A DNA stretch of 64,000 nt from an uncultured Anaerolinea sp. (GTDB lineage: Bacteria; Chloroflexota; Anaerolineae; Anaerolineales; UBA4823): assembly GCA_964503145.1 (NCBI GenBank), contig CAZCYV010000010.1, positions 8,613-72,612 of the forward strand, given 5' to 3'. Position numbers and translations under genes: made by a program. Position 1 is the stretch's first letter; each line of letters begins with the position of its first letter. Below are positions 9,617-19,039 of this stretch, in pieces. Below the pieces are notes generated by a model that made no database searches, had not been told where the DNA came from, and saw only the letters and a list, made by a program, of their open reading frames with translations.

Positions 9617-11574
9617 GTCTGCACTTCCGCCAACTCAGGATGCCGCATCGGGAGGTAGACCCTGAACGTGCTCCCCTTCCCGACCTCGCTATCCACCTCG
9701 ATTCTACCAGAATGATTGGAAACAATGCCATAACTGACCGACAGGCCCAGACCAGTGCCCTCGCCTTCCGGTTTGGTGGTGAAGAAGGGATCAAAGATGC
9801 GGGTCAGATGTTCCGGCGAAATGCCCGTACCAGTGTCCTGAATAGCAATCACCACCATGCCATCCATCTGGCTCAAGTTCACGCGTAATGTCCCGCCGCC
9901 GGGCATCGCCTGAACAGCGTTGGAGATGATATTGACCAGCACTTGTTCGATCTGCTGCGCGTCATAGGTCATCACCACCGAATGCTCAGGCAGTTCCTTG
10001 ATCACCTGTACGTGCGCTTTACGGATCGGGTATGCCGTCAGCCGCAAAGCGGCCTCGATTGTTTCGCGCATATCCTGCTCGCCCATCTCCGGTTTAGATT
10101 GCCGCGAAAACTTCAGCAGGTCGGAGACGATGGTGTTGGCTTTCAAAGCGCTCTCACGGATCAAGGATAACTCCGACTTGATTTCCGAATTCAACTGATC
10201 TTCGTAGAGCAGGAGTTCAGCAACGCCTTTGATCACGGTGAGCGGGTTTTTGACATCATGGACGATGCCGGCGGTCAACTGGCCGATCGCGGCCAGCTTT
10301 TCGGATTGGATCAATTGGAGTTGGGTGGTGCGCAGGCGCTCATTGGTCTCTGCCAGTTCCTTGTTGCGCTGGATCGCTTCTTCGTACAGCCGGGCGGCCT
10401 CGGCCGTCCTCTCGCGCAGCTTGAGCGTCATGATGTCAAAAGCCTCGGCCAGTTCGCCGATCTCGTCGGCGCGGTTCAGGCCGCTGCTCTGATTCAGGTC
10501 GCCCGCCGCGACCGCCTGGGTGAGCGAACGCAATTTCAAGATCGGCTGGGCGATGCTCTGCGAAATCAGGTACCCTACCACGACCATTGCCAGGGTGCCG
10601 AGGGCGAAGACCATGACGAAGATATCCCGGCTGGTGGCCTCTGCAGCGACGACATAGCTGCTCGGTAAGATGATGCCCAGCCAGCCCACCCTTTCCTGGC
10701 GCACGATCAACTCTGTCAAAGCCATTTGAAAGTCGCGATTGTATAACTTAAATTTCAACGGCTGATCCAGGTCTGCCTGGGATAACTGTTGCACCCGATT
10801 GATCAATGTATCAAAGCCCTCATCCGGGCTGGCCAGCGTCGTGGCAAGGATGTTTTGGCGATCGATGTCGAACACGACCAGGTCTGCCAGAGCCAGTTCT
10901 CGGGCTTTGATTTCGTTGAGCAACTTTTGCAGTTGCGTGCCGACGATGACACCGCCGATGACGGTTTTGTCATCGGTGCTATACACTGGCGCGCCGGTCA
11001 ACAACGTGGGGCCATAGCTGGTCGTCGCCAGACCCACGTACTTATCTCCGCGGCGATCGGATATTCCGGTCAGGATTTTCTGAGTTAGTTCGAGCGAAGA
11101 GAAATCGACCCCCCGACTGTTGATCAACTGCAGCGTTGACGGGTCTTTGCCCAAAGTAAGCAACTCAACGCCGTTCTCATCAATCACTGTAATCGAGTCG
11201 ATATCCCCACGGACGGCCGCCAGCGGGGTGAGCAGTTCTTCGAGTCGCGCGCTGTCTTTGGCCAGGATTGCTTCCTCTACCCCTATGGTGTAGGTCGCCT
11301 GTCGCAAGATTTCCAGAGCGGTGCGCTCATGTCGAACAATGGCATCCGAGGCAACGCGCGCCGATTCATAAAGCTGGTTGACAAAGCGTTCGACAATCGT
11401 AGAAGTGACCAGCCGGGTGATCACGAAGATGCCAATCGCAGCGATGATCAGCGTCAACAGCACATACGGGACGATCAGCTTGAACTGTAAGCCGGACATG
11501 CGCGCTTTGAGGGTCGCCAGGCTGAAGCGTTGGCGAGATTCTGTTTTTGCGCGATCTGTTTCGGATAAAGCCAT
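9613..11574 (-). CDS. Membrane sensor histidine kinase with extracellular sensor and HAMP domain
   Basis: Two TM segments, HAMP (IAQPILKL...DEIGELAEAFDIM), H-box VHDVKNPL, NIISNAVQA, DTGTGI, FDPFFTTK, GTGLGLS. Confidence 0.93.
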   Translation of the reverse strand: MALSETDRAKTESRQRFSLATLKARMSGLQFKLIVPYVLLTLIIAAIGIFVITRLVTSTIVERFVNQLYESARVASDAIVRHERTALEILRQATYTIGVEEAILAKDSARLEELLTPLAAVRGDIDSITVIDENGVELLTLGKDPSTLQLINSRGVDFSSLELTQKILTGISDRRGDKYVGLATTSYGPTLLTGAPVYSTDDKTVIGGVIVGTQLQKLLNEIKARELALADLVVFDIDRQNILATTLASPDEGFDTLINRVQQLSQADLDQPLKFKLYNRDFQMALTELIVRQERVGWLGIILPSSYVVAAEATSRDIFVMVFALGTLAMVVVGYLISQSIAQPILKLRSLTQAVAAGDLNQSSGLNRADEIGELAEAFDIMTLKLRERTAEAARLYEEAIQRNKELAETNERLRTTQLQLIQSEKLAAIGQLTAGIVHDVKNPLTVIKGVAELLLYEDQLNSEIKSELSLIRESALKANTIVSDLLKFSRQSKPEMGEQDMRETIEAALRLTAYPIRKAHVQVIKELPEHSVVMTYDAQQIEQVLVNIISNAVQAMPGGGTLRVNLSQMDGMVVIAIQDTGTGISPEHLTRIFDPFFTTKPEGEGTGLGLSVSYGIVSNHSGRIEVDSEVGKGSTFRVYLPMRHPELAEVQT

Positions 11575-11709
11575 CCTCCCGACCTTTGTTTAATCGGTTA
11601 ACCGGCATCAGTTCATAATTGTTTCAGTAGTTTATCCTGTTCGAGCGGGAAAGTCAATTTGAAGGGCATAAAAACTTAAAAATGCTGTTGCAAGGTTTTG
11701 CTAGGATTT

Positions 11710-13245
11710 TTACGGCAACTGCCGCGGCCGAGGCCCGGTATAGAATGTGAAGGGAGAATCGGCAGGATAGTAATGATAGACATTTCGATCTGGAAAATGG
11801 CGGGCAACTTCTGCATCCACCTGGGCGCCGCGCGAGATGACAAAGATAAAGGGCGTATCCAGAAACGGCGTTTGCAGTTCCAACAGGGTACCGTATTCGA
11901 TCCACTGCGATTGGGTATGCACTACAATCAACGCCGGGGTCAGCTTCTGAGCATCCGGGGTAAGAAAAGGCTCCAGATGCGAGCGCCGCACGCCGTACAG
12001 CCCGACCATGCCCGATAGCCTGGCCGGCGTATAGAACAACAGGTTGGTCGCCAGCAGCAAGGCCAGGAGCGCCGTGACGCCCAGCGCCCGGTTGCGCCGC
12101 CAACCTTGATAATTCGGGAAGGGCAGGCCCGGCCGAGTGGGCCAGCCAGCCAGCCAGGCGATGCCAGCCGCGCTGAGCAACGTCAGGCTATACAGCGCCT
12201 CGTAATAATAGCGCGGGCCAAACAACGACGAACCAATCCAATAGGCCATGTAGAGAACGAACAGGCTAACAAATGCACTCATCGGCAGTATCGCTCGCCA
12301 GTTGCGGTCGCGCAGCAGGGCAATCAACCCGAAGGGCAAGAAGATCCAGGAATAGTTCAACCAGCCGAACAGATCGTAATTCCCAACGTAAATGCTATAG
12401 CGGGTGTTGATCCAGGCCTGGTTCAGGGTGTGTCCCTGCTCGGAATGGCCATGACCAGGCCCAAAGCCGATCTTATCGTAAGGCCACCACAAGGTGTAAG
12501 GGTTGAGCAATGGATCGCCGGTCACCGCATACTGCCAGAGAAAATGTAATGACGACAGCGCCAGAACGATCAAACCCAGGGCGATCAACCGTCGACGCGC
12601 GTTCTGATCGCCTCGAAACAGTAAATACACCCCGTGCAGCCCAAAGGGCAGGGCAATGCTTACCGCAGTCAGAGGGCGAGACAGCGCCAGCAGGCCCATC
12701 GACGCTGCAGCCGCCAGAGTCGCCAGCCAGGGGTGCGGCGGGTCTCGCTGGCAAAAGGCCTCTAACCAAGCCAGCGCAAACATGGCGCTCAGCACCAGGC
12801 CCAATGGATGAGATAACAGCGAGCCAGAATTGAGCAGGAAAAAGGGCGAGGTCAACGTCAGCAACGCGGCCAGCAGCCCCACCGTCTCTCCGAACAGGCG
12901 CTTTCCTAGCAGATAGGTCAACCAGACGCCAAATCCGGCCAGCAGAGGATTGACCAAAAAGCGCACTCCAAAGTATTCCCCCAGCGCCAGCGTCGCCGGC
13001 CAGCCCAGCGGGTATTTGCCAAAGCGCTGACCCTGATAGTCGATCACGAAGGGCACCAGGAAGCTTTTGGGATATGGCGGCGACGGTAGAGTCAAGCGCC
13101 CTCCGGCGATGGCCTGGGCCTGCCAGACATAGGCCATTTCGTCTTCGATATGCGCCATCCGCTCGAAGACGCGGTCATGCACCCGATATGCGGCTATGAC
13201 GGCGATCAGACTGAGCAGGGCAGCAATGCGATCCGCGCGCCTCAT
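11710..13245 (-). CDS. GT-C fold membrane glycosyltransferase (PMT/ArnT-like)
   Basis: 511-aa polytopic membrane protein with acidic DE pair in first loop (HIEDEMAY), GKYPLGWP, SRPLTA and PRYYYE motifs typical of GT-C enzymes. Confidence 0.7.
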   Translation of the reverse strand: MRRADRIAALLSLIAVIAAYRVHDRVFERMAHIEDEMAYVWQAQAIAGGRLTLPSPPYPKSFLVPFVIDYQGQRFGKYPLGWPATLALGEYFGVRFLVNPLLAGFGVWLTYLLGKRLFGETVGLLAALLTLTSPFFLLNSGSLLSHPLGLVLSAMFALAWLEAFCQRDPPHPWLATLAAAASMGLLALSRPLTAVSIALPFGLHGVYLLFRGDQNARRRLIALGLIVLALSSLHFLWQYAVTGDPLLNPYTLWWPYDKIGFGPGHGHSEQGHTLNQAWINTRYSIYVGNYDLFGWLNYSWIFLPFGLIALLRDRNWRAILPMSAFVSLFVLYMAYWIGSSLFGPRYYYEALYSLTLLSAAGIAWLAGWPTRPGLPFPNYQGWRRNRALGVTALLALLLATNLLFYTPARLSGMVGLYGVRRSHLEPFLTPDAQKLTPALIVVHTQSQWIEYGTLLELQTPFLDTPFIFVISRGAQVDAEVARHFPDRNVYHYYPADSPFTFYTGPRPRQLP

Positions 13246-13279
13246 CGAGCAACCAGCGGTGACTATGGCAAAGGATTAC

Positions 13280-14272
13280 TCATGCGCCGATCTGACGCAG
13301 CGCCTGTAAAGCCGCGGCGTGCAGCAAGCGATTCGAAGCCAGGATGCCGCGGTTATTGCGCAGCGAGCGGCCGGTGGTGAAATCCAGCGGTTTGCCGTCA
13401 AGGTCGGTGATCTGGCCGCCAGCTTCTTCCAGCACCAGGGAGCCTGCGGCCTGATCCCAGATTTTTTCGCGGTAGTTGGGTTGAGCAGGCGAAAGCAGCC
13501 GCAGCATCAGATCACCCTTCCCCGCCGCCAGAACGGCGTATTTTGCCTGGCTGTCCATCAAGACCGGTTCGGCCCGAATACCCAGGCTCTGGGCGAAGAT
13601 ATCGATCTGGCTGACGTTGGTGTGGCCGGATTCGAAGGAGCGCAGCAACCGCGCCTGGGTTGGGTCCGCCTGCGTCGAAACGCTCAGGGGCTTGAAGTCG
13701 CCCGGCGAAACCAGCGGCGTCGTCCAGGCGCCTTCGCCGCGCACCGCGATGACCAGCGAGCCTGGACCGTTCAAATCGGACTGCTGAGCTTCGCTCAGAT
13801 TTGGGCAGCCAAGCACGCCGACCCGCACCCGGCCATCCACCACCAGAGCCAGGGCTACTGCGTATTGATCGCCGCGCAAGAAGCCCTTGGTGCCGTCGAT
13901 CGGATCCAGGGTCCAAAACCGGGCTGCCGAATCGGTGCGCTTATGATCGATCCAGGCGCATACGGCTTCTGGCGTGGCAGTCGGCAAATTGCGGCGCACG
14001 AAGGAAGTAACCTGTTGAAGCGTTTGAGAGGCCTCCGGGAGCCGCAGCGCTGTCGAATCCTCCTCCGCAACCAGCCAATCATTGGGAAAGGCTTGCGCCA
14101 ATAATCGGCCGACCAGAGCCTGTGCCGCAAAATCTGCGACCGTGACCGGCGAACGGTCGTCTTTGGTCAAGGCCGGAGACACCAGCTTGAGCTGCACCTG
14201 GCGAACCAGAAGAGCAGCTTGCCGCGTGGCGTTGAGTGCAAACTGGATTTCTGGATGATCGAGATCGAGCAT
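13280..14272 (-). CDS. 3'(2'),5'-bisphosphate nucleotidase, HAL2-like (inositol monophosphatase superfamily)
   Basis: KDDRSPVTVADF, AEED, WTLDPIDGTKGF, DSQAKY, EKIWDQAAG motifs; ATG at 14272 follows GGGAG. Confidence 0.88.
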   Translation of the reverse strand: MLDLDHPEIQFALNATRQAALLVRQVQLKLVSPALTKDDRSPVTVADFAAQALVGRLLAQAFPNDWLVAEEDSTALRLPEASQTLQQVTSFVRRNLPTATPEAVCAWIDHKRTDSAARFWTLDPIDGTKGFLRGDQYAVALALVVDGRVRVGVLGCPNLSEAQQSDLNGPGSLVIAVRGEGAWTTPLVSPGDFKPLSVSTQADPTQARLLRSFESGHTNVSQIDIFAQSLGIRAEPVLMDSQAKYAVLAAGKGDLMLRLLSPAQPNYREKIWDQAAGSLVLEEAGGQITDLDGKPLDFTTGRSLRNNRGILASNRLLHAAALQALRQIGA

Positions 14273-14296
14273 TATCTGGCTCCCAAATATCAATCT

Positions 14297-15652
14297 TCAG
14301 AATACTTTCTGGACGACACGCTGGGTATTCACCACCCCGCTGAGATCATAGGTCATGGCGCCGGTAATCTGCACCGGGACCATCTCGCCAACCGGCAACT
14401 CTGCCTCGATGATCACCATGCCGTCGATTTCGGGCGCGTCGCGATAGGTGCGCCCCAAAGTGATACCATCCCCCTGGCCTTCGGTCAGAACCTGCAGGGT
14501 CTTGCCAACAAAGGCCTGATTCTTCTCCAGCGAGATCGCGGCCTGCAATTCCATCAACTGCTCATAGCGCGCCTGTTTGACCTCTGCAGGCACCGGGTCG
14601 CCCAAAGGTTCGCTGGCAGTGCCCGGCTCGAAGGAAAACTGGAAGGCGCCCACCCGGTCGAAGCGGATTTCGCGCACAAAGTCGAGCAGCGCCTGAAACT
14701 CGCTCTCGTCTTCACCTGGATAGCCGACGATGAACGTGGTGCGCAAGGCCAGATCTGGCAGGGCCTGACGCATCTTCTCCAGCGTCCGGTAAACCCAATC
14801 GAGATTGGCCGGGCGGCGCATCCGGCGCAGGGTAGCCGGGTGCGCGTGCTGAAGCGGCATATCCAGGTAGGGCACAATCTGCGAGTACTTCGCCATCACT
14901 TCGATCAAGCGGTCGGTCACATAGCCGGGGAAAGCGTATAAAATGCGAATCCAATCGATATCGGGGGCCGCCTGCACCAACTGCTCCAGCAAAATTGCCA
15001 GGCCGTCCTTCATCCCCAGATCGTGACCATAATCCGTCGTATCTTGGGCGATCAGATTCAATTCGCGAACCCCTAGCGACTGCAAGGAGCGCGCTTCTTC
15101 AAGGATGGCCTCCAGCGGGCGGCTGACTGCTGTGCCTTTGATCAATGGGATAGCGCAGAAAGCGCACGGGCGACGACAACCATCGGCAATTTTGAGATAA
15201 GCGCTGCCTCCCTGCTTGACGACGCGCTGAACCCCGTGCTCATCGCTGCCAACCGTGGGGGTCTCCGGAAGATGATAGAGCGGCTGGGGATGCCCACTTG
15301 ACCGCAATTTGTGAACCACCTCAACGATATCCATCCAGCGACGGGTTCCTAGAATGCCGTCCAGACCGGGCACCTGGCGAGCGACTTCCACGCCATAGCG
15401 TTGGGTCAGGCAGCCCGCCGCGATCAAAAGCTGGCCTTTGCGTTTCTGGGCTGCCAGCTCTCCCAGCACTTGCAGCGATTCCCGCCTGGCAGGGCCGATA
15501 AAGCCGCAGGTGTTCACGATCAGGACACCCGCCCGGTTGGGATTTTCCGTCGGCCGGTAACCGGCCCGCGATAGGAGTTGCGCCATCGAGCTAGAATCGA
15601 CCGTGTTCTTGGCGCAGCCGAGCGAGATCAAATAGAAAGATTTTGGATTCAA
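14297..15652 (-). CDS. rimO: Ribosomal protein S12 methylthiotransferase RimO
   Basis: SLGCAKNTVDS UPF0004 domain, radical SAM CRRPCAFC, YLDMPLQH, TRAM domain with DAPEIDG. Confidence 0.93.
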   Translation of the reverse strand: MNPKSFYLISLGCAKNTVDSSSMAQLLSRAGYRPTENPNRAGVLIVNTCGFIGPARRESLQVLGELAAQKRKGQLLIAAGCLTQRYGVEVARQVPGLDGILGTRRWMDIVEVVHKLRSSGHPQPLYHLPETPTVGSDEHGVQRVVKQGGSAYLKIADGCRRPCAFCAIPLIKGTAVSRPLEAILEEARSLQSLGVRELNLIAQDTTDYGHDLGMKDGLAILLEQLVQAAPDIDWIRILYAFPGYVTDRLIEVMAKYSQIVPYLDMPLQHAHPATLRRMRRPANLDWVYRTLEKMRQALPDLALRTTFIVGYPGEDESEFQALLDFVREIRFDRVGAFQFSFEPGTASEPLGDPVPAEVKQARYEQLMELQAAISLEKNQAFVGKTLQVLTEGQGDGITLGRTYRDAPEIDGMVIIEAELPVGEMVPVQITGAMTYDLSGVVNTQRVVQKVF

Positions 15653-15678
15653 TGCATACCTCTAAATTCGTTCCAATT

Positions 15679-16947
15679 CTATGGCAAAGCCGGCGCAGTG
15701 ACCTGCGCAGGTGGGGTCACGGTGGCAGGCAGCGTGGGCGTGAAGGGTTGAGTTGGGCCAGCCGTCGGCGTGATCGTTGGCGTGGCCGTCACCTCGCCCT
15801 GCAAGCTGAAAATGCGATCCACCACCTGACCAAATGCGCCCAACGTACCCAGATCGACTCCATTGTACAACACTTGCAAAGCCGCGCCATTACCAGTCTG
15901 GATTTCCACGCTGGTTTCTCCTGCGAAGGAATAAGCGCTTCCTGGGACAACCCGACCTTCGAATTCGATCTGTCCATCGACCAACACCCGCATCCAGGCG
16001 CGCTGGCGAACGTTGATATATACTTGCACACCGCTGATGGGCTGCGGCGACAGGAGCGCGCCGGTCACCGGGTCCGTCGCCAGGGCCTGGGTTGGAAAAA
16101 GCTGCTGGGGCAGCGGCGCGGTAGGCGTGACGGGTATCGGCGTGTCGGTCGCGGTGGGCGTTGGGGTGGCCAGCAGCACCTCGACAATCGAGGGCGCAGT
16201 CGGCGTGACCTGCGGCTGGTTGAGGGTCGCAAAGATGCGGATTGCGCCCCAAAAGACGAACACGACCAGGAAAACAGCCAGCCCGCCGCCGATCAGAACG
16301 TCCCCCGAAAGGATACGCCGGAGCGGCGCAGGCAGAGATGAGGAACGCCGCTTGGGCGCCGGGCGAGCCTTGGGCTGAGAAGCCTGACGCGCTGCCAGGC
16401 GAAGTTGCAACCCTTCGGCAAACCGCAGCAATAATGGATCTGGGTTCAGGCCCAAGAACGCAGCATAATTGTTCAGCATCCCGCGCCCTTGTACAGGCGA
16501 AGGCAAGCCGTCCAGATCACCGCTTTCCAGCGCCACCAGGTAATGCCGCCGCAGGTGGGTGTGGCGCTCTACATCCTCCAGAGAAAGGCCCAAAAGCTCG
16601 CGCTGGCGCTGCAGGCGACTTCCAACCTCAGCAAAAATCGTCGCCGCTTCCTGAGGCAGCTCGACATCTGTGCCGTTGCCAGGCGCAGCTTCCTGCGCCG
16701 GCGCCGCTGGCGCCGGTTCTTTGCCCTCCAATGCAACCAGAAGCGGATCGGGGTTCAGGCCAAGATATTCGGCGTAGGCGCGCAAAAATCCGCGTGCCTG
16801 GGCCACAGAAGGCAATGCGCCAAAATCCCCCGACTCTAGGGCCTGTAAATAGTGTGGGCGAATGCGTGTGGCGACAGAGGCCTGATCAATCGAGAGTGAA
16901 CGCGCTTCGCGGGCCTGGCGGAGCTCCTGGCCAACGGTTGTGGTCAT
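15679..16947 (-). CDS. rodZ: RodZ-like protein with two tandem N-terminal HTH domains
   Basis: Two copies of the RodZ HTH (LRQAREARSLS...RGFLRAYAEYLGL; LQRQRELLGLS...RGMLNNYAAFLGL), one TM, Thr/Pro linker, C-terminal WMRVLVDG...TGNGAAL domain. Confidence 0.8.
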   Translation of the reverse strand: MTTTVGQELRQAREARSLSIDQASVATRIRPHYLQALESGDFGALPSVAQARGFLRAYAEYLGLNPDPLLVALEGKEPAPAAPAQEAAPGNGTDVELPQEAATIFAEVGSRLQRQRELLGLSLEDVERHTHLRRHYLVALESGDLDGLPSPVQGRGMLNNYAAFLGLNPDPLLLRFAEGLQLRLAARQASQPKARPAPKRRSSSLPAPLRRILSGDVLIGGGLAVFLVVFVFWGAIRIFATLNQPQVTPTAPSIVEVLLATPTPTATDTPIPVTPTAPLPQQLFPTQALATDPVTGALLSPQPISGVQVYINVRQRAWMRVLVDGQIEFEGRVVPGSAYSFAGETSVEIQTGNGAALQVLYNGVDLGTLGAFGQVVDRIFSLQGEVTATPTITPTAGPTQPFTPTLPATVTPPAQVTAPALP

Positions 16948-17070
16948 GGCTGAGAAGTACAGCCGGCCTGATGACAAAACAGGCAGTTGATTGAGCCGCA
17001 CACCGCTAAGCTCCTTTCTCTGGCTGCCTCTCTTGCGACCAGACCGGCGTCACATGGAGCCAGATGCCGC

Positions 17071-17601
17071 CTAATCTTCAGCGTCCGCTGTTGCGATTGC
17101 GGTTTCTGCTGGCTCCACCTCTTCCGCCTGGACTTCCTGAGGCACTTCGACGACCTCGCCTTCGCGATGCACAATCACCGTGATCTCCGGGACCAGGTCA
17201 ACGGTCAGGCGAACGTGGACTTTATAGGTGCCCAGGGCGCGAATAGGTTCGAAGTCCATCTGTCGGCGTTGAATTTCGATGCCGGTCTGCTTCTTCACCG
17301 CCTCTGCAATCATGGCAGGGGTGATCGAGCCATACAGCTTGCCGGTTTCGCCCGCTTTCATGGGGAAAGCCAGGGTCAACTTGGACAGGATTTCAGCCAC
17401 GCCGCCAAGCTCATTATTTAAAACGGCCCGCTTGGCATCGGCCTGGGAGCGGATGCGCTCAGCCTGCGCTAAAGCGCCAGGGGTTGCCAACACAGCCAAT
17501 CCTTGGGGCAACAAGAAGTTGCGCCCATAGCCATCGGCCACTTTTTTGACATCGCCTGCGCGCCCCAGTTTGTAAACGTCCTTGATCAAAAGCACTTTCA
17601 T
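17071..17601 (-). CDS. rplI: 50S ribosomal protein L9
   Basis: MKVLLIKDVYKLGRAGDVKKVADGYGRNFLLPQG; KAGETGKLYGSIT. Confidence 0.97.
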   Translation of the reverse strand: MKVLLIKDVYKLGRAGDVKKVADGYGRNFLLPQGLAVLATPGALAQAERIRSQADAKRAVLNNELGGVAEILSKLTLAFPMKAGETGKLYGSITPAMIAEAVKKQTGIEIQRRQMDFEPIRALGTYKVHVRLTVDLVPEITVIVHREGEVVEVPQEVQAEEVEPAETAIATADAED

Positions 17602-17768
17602 GTTCGTCAAGCCCTTTCATGAGGATTGTGATTATTGCTGCATACGCAGCATAACCTGGGGCGAAGGGTACTACGCCCCAGGCGGGCATGATTTTACCAG
17701 AAGGGGCGGTTTGCGTCAACGCTGTTGGCCGGCAAAATCGAACCCTTTGCCATGGGCTCCGATGAGTT

Positions 17769-17777
17769 TGTTATAAT
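17769..17777 (+). promoter_or_regulatory. Extended -10 promoter of recO (probably leaderless)
   Basis: TGTTATAAT; TATAAT at 17772-17777, ATG at 17784, no SD. Confidence 0.65.
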
Positions 17778-17783
17778 CCCAGT

Positions 17784-18587
17784 ATGACTCTGCCCAAACC
17801 GGCTGATCATCGGCTGCGCGTTTACCGCCTGGAGGCGATCGTCTTGCGCCATAACGACTGGGGAGAAGCGGATCGCATCATCGGGCTATATACGCTCGAG
17901 ATGGGCAAGCTGCGCGCCCTGGCGAAAGGGGTGCGCAAGCCCCGTTCGCGCAAGGCCGGACATCTGGAACCCTTCACGCGGGTCAACCTGCTCCTGGCGC
18001 GCGGGCGCGAACTGCCTCTGATCACCCAGGCGGATACGCTCGACGCGTTCCTACCGCTGCGCGAAGATCTTTCCGGAGCGACCTACGCTTCCTATGTGGT
18101 TGAACTGTTGGATCGCTTCACCTATGAAGAGGGCGAAAACCGGCTGCTTTACCACTTGCTGGTCGAAACGCTATCCAGATTATGTCATTTCGAGGATCGG
18201 GATCTGGTCGTGCGTTACTACGAAATCCGTCTGCTGGACCAGGCGGGTTTTCGCCCTCAGTTGTTTCACTGTGTTCGCTGCGGCGCAGAGATCCAACCCG
18301 AAGATCAGTATTTCTCCGCCCTGCTGGGCGGCGCGCTCTGTCCACGTTGTGGACCACAAACCGAAGGCGCGCAGCCGATTTCGCTCGACGCGCTGAGGTA
18401 TCTGCGCCATTTTCAACGTAGCACATTCGACGAAGCAGCCCGCGCCCGCCCCAGTCCGGCCATCCACCGCGAGATGGAAGCCATTTTGCAGCACTACATG
18501 GTTTATCTGTTGGAGCGCGGGCTGAATACGCCGGCGTTCTTACGCCGCTTGAGAAAAGAAGCGCTCGAGCGAGGCCATTCGGCTTGA
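17784..18587 (+). CDS. recO: DNA repair protein RecO
   Basis: AIVLRHNDWGEADRI, AKGVRKPRSR, zinc finger CVRC...CPRC. Confidence 0.95.
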   Translation: MTLPKPADHRLRVYRLEAIVLRHNDWGEADRIIGLYTLEMGKLRALAKGVRKPRSRKAGHLEPFTRVNLLLARGRELPLITQADTLDAFLPLREDLSGATYASYVVELLDRFTYEEGENRLLYHLLVETLSRLCHFEDRDLVVRYYEIRLLDQAGFRPQLFHCVRCGAEIQPEDQYFSALLGGALCPRCGPQTEGAQPISLDALRYLRHFQRSTFDEAARARPSPAIHREMEAILQHYMVYLLERGLNTPAFLRRLRKEALERGHSA

Positions 18588-18615
18588 CCGGGTCTGCACC
18601 AGCTCTGGCGCACGG

Positions 18616-19038
18616 TTATTCGCTATACCGCTGCAAGAGGGCTGGAATTTGTTCGGCGATTTGATCGCGCACTGTGCGGAAGGCGTTCAGAATCTGCTCC
18701 TCGCTGCCCGTCGCCTTGGCCGGGTCTTCAAAGCTCAGATGGGCGCGCTTACCCGGCCCCAACCAGACCGGGCATTCCTCCGCCGCCGAGTCGCAAACGG
18801 TGACCACCAAATCCAACGGCAGGCTGCGGTACTCATCCGCCATTTTAGATCGTCCTTGATGATCGATACCGATTTCCTGCAAGACCTGGATGGCCTTGGG
18901 ATGGACGTAACCGGCGGGTTTCGTACCCGCGCTCACCGCTTCCCACTGCTCCCCCAGGCGAGCATTGACAATGGCCTCGGCCATCTGAGAGCGGCATGAG
19001 TTGCCAGTGCATAAGAACAATACCTTCTTTTTCTGCAT
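18616..19038 (-). CDS. arsC: Arsenate reductase, thioredoxin-dependent (LMW-PTP fold)
   Basis: [28 protein letters not shown]; starts immediately after the arsM stop. Confidence 0.88.
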   Translation of the reverse strand: MQKKKVLFLCTGNSCRSQMAEAIVNARLGEQWEAVSAGTKPAGYVHPKAIQVLQEIGIDHQGRSKMADEYRSLPLDLVVTVCDSAAEECPVWLGPGKRAHLSFEDPAKATGSEEQILNAFRTVRDQIAEQIPALLQRYSE

Positions 19039-19039
19039 C

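Noticed and set aside
13264-15689. Recurrent CTATGGCAAAG at 13264 and 15679
   Set aside because: One copy is the last codons of rodZ; two 11-mers in this context are consistent with chance.
17655-17682. 9-bp hairpin upstream of rplI
   Set aside because: Real stem (CCTGGGGCG/CGCCCCAGG), but there is no support for a known ribosomal-protein leader; function cannot be inferred.
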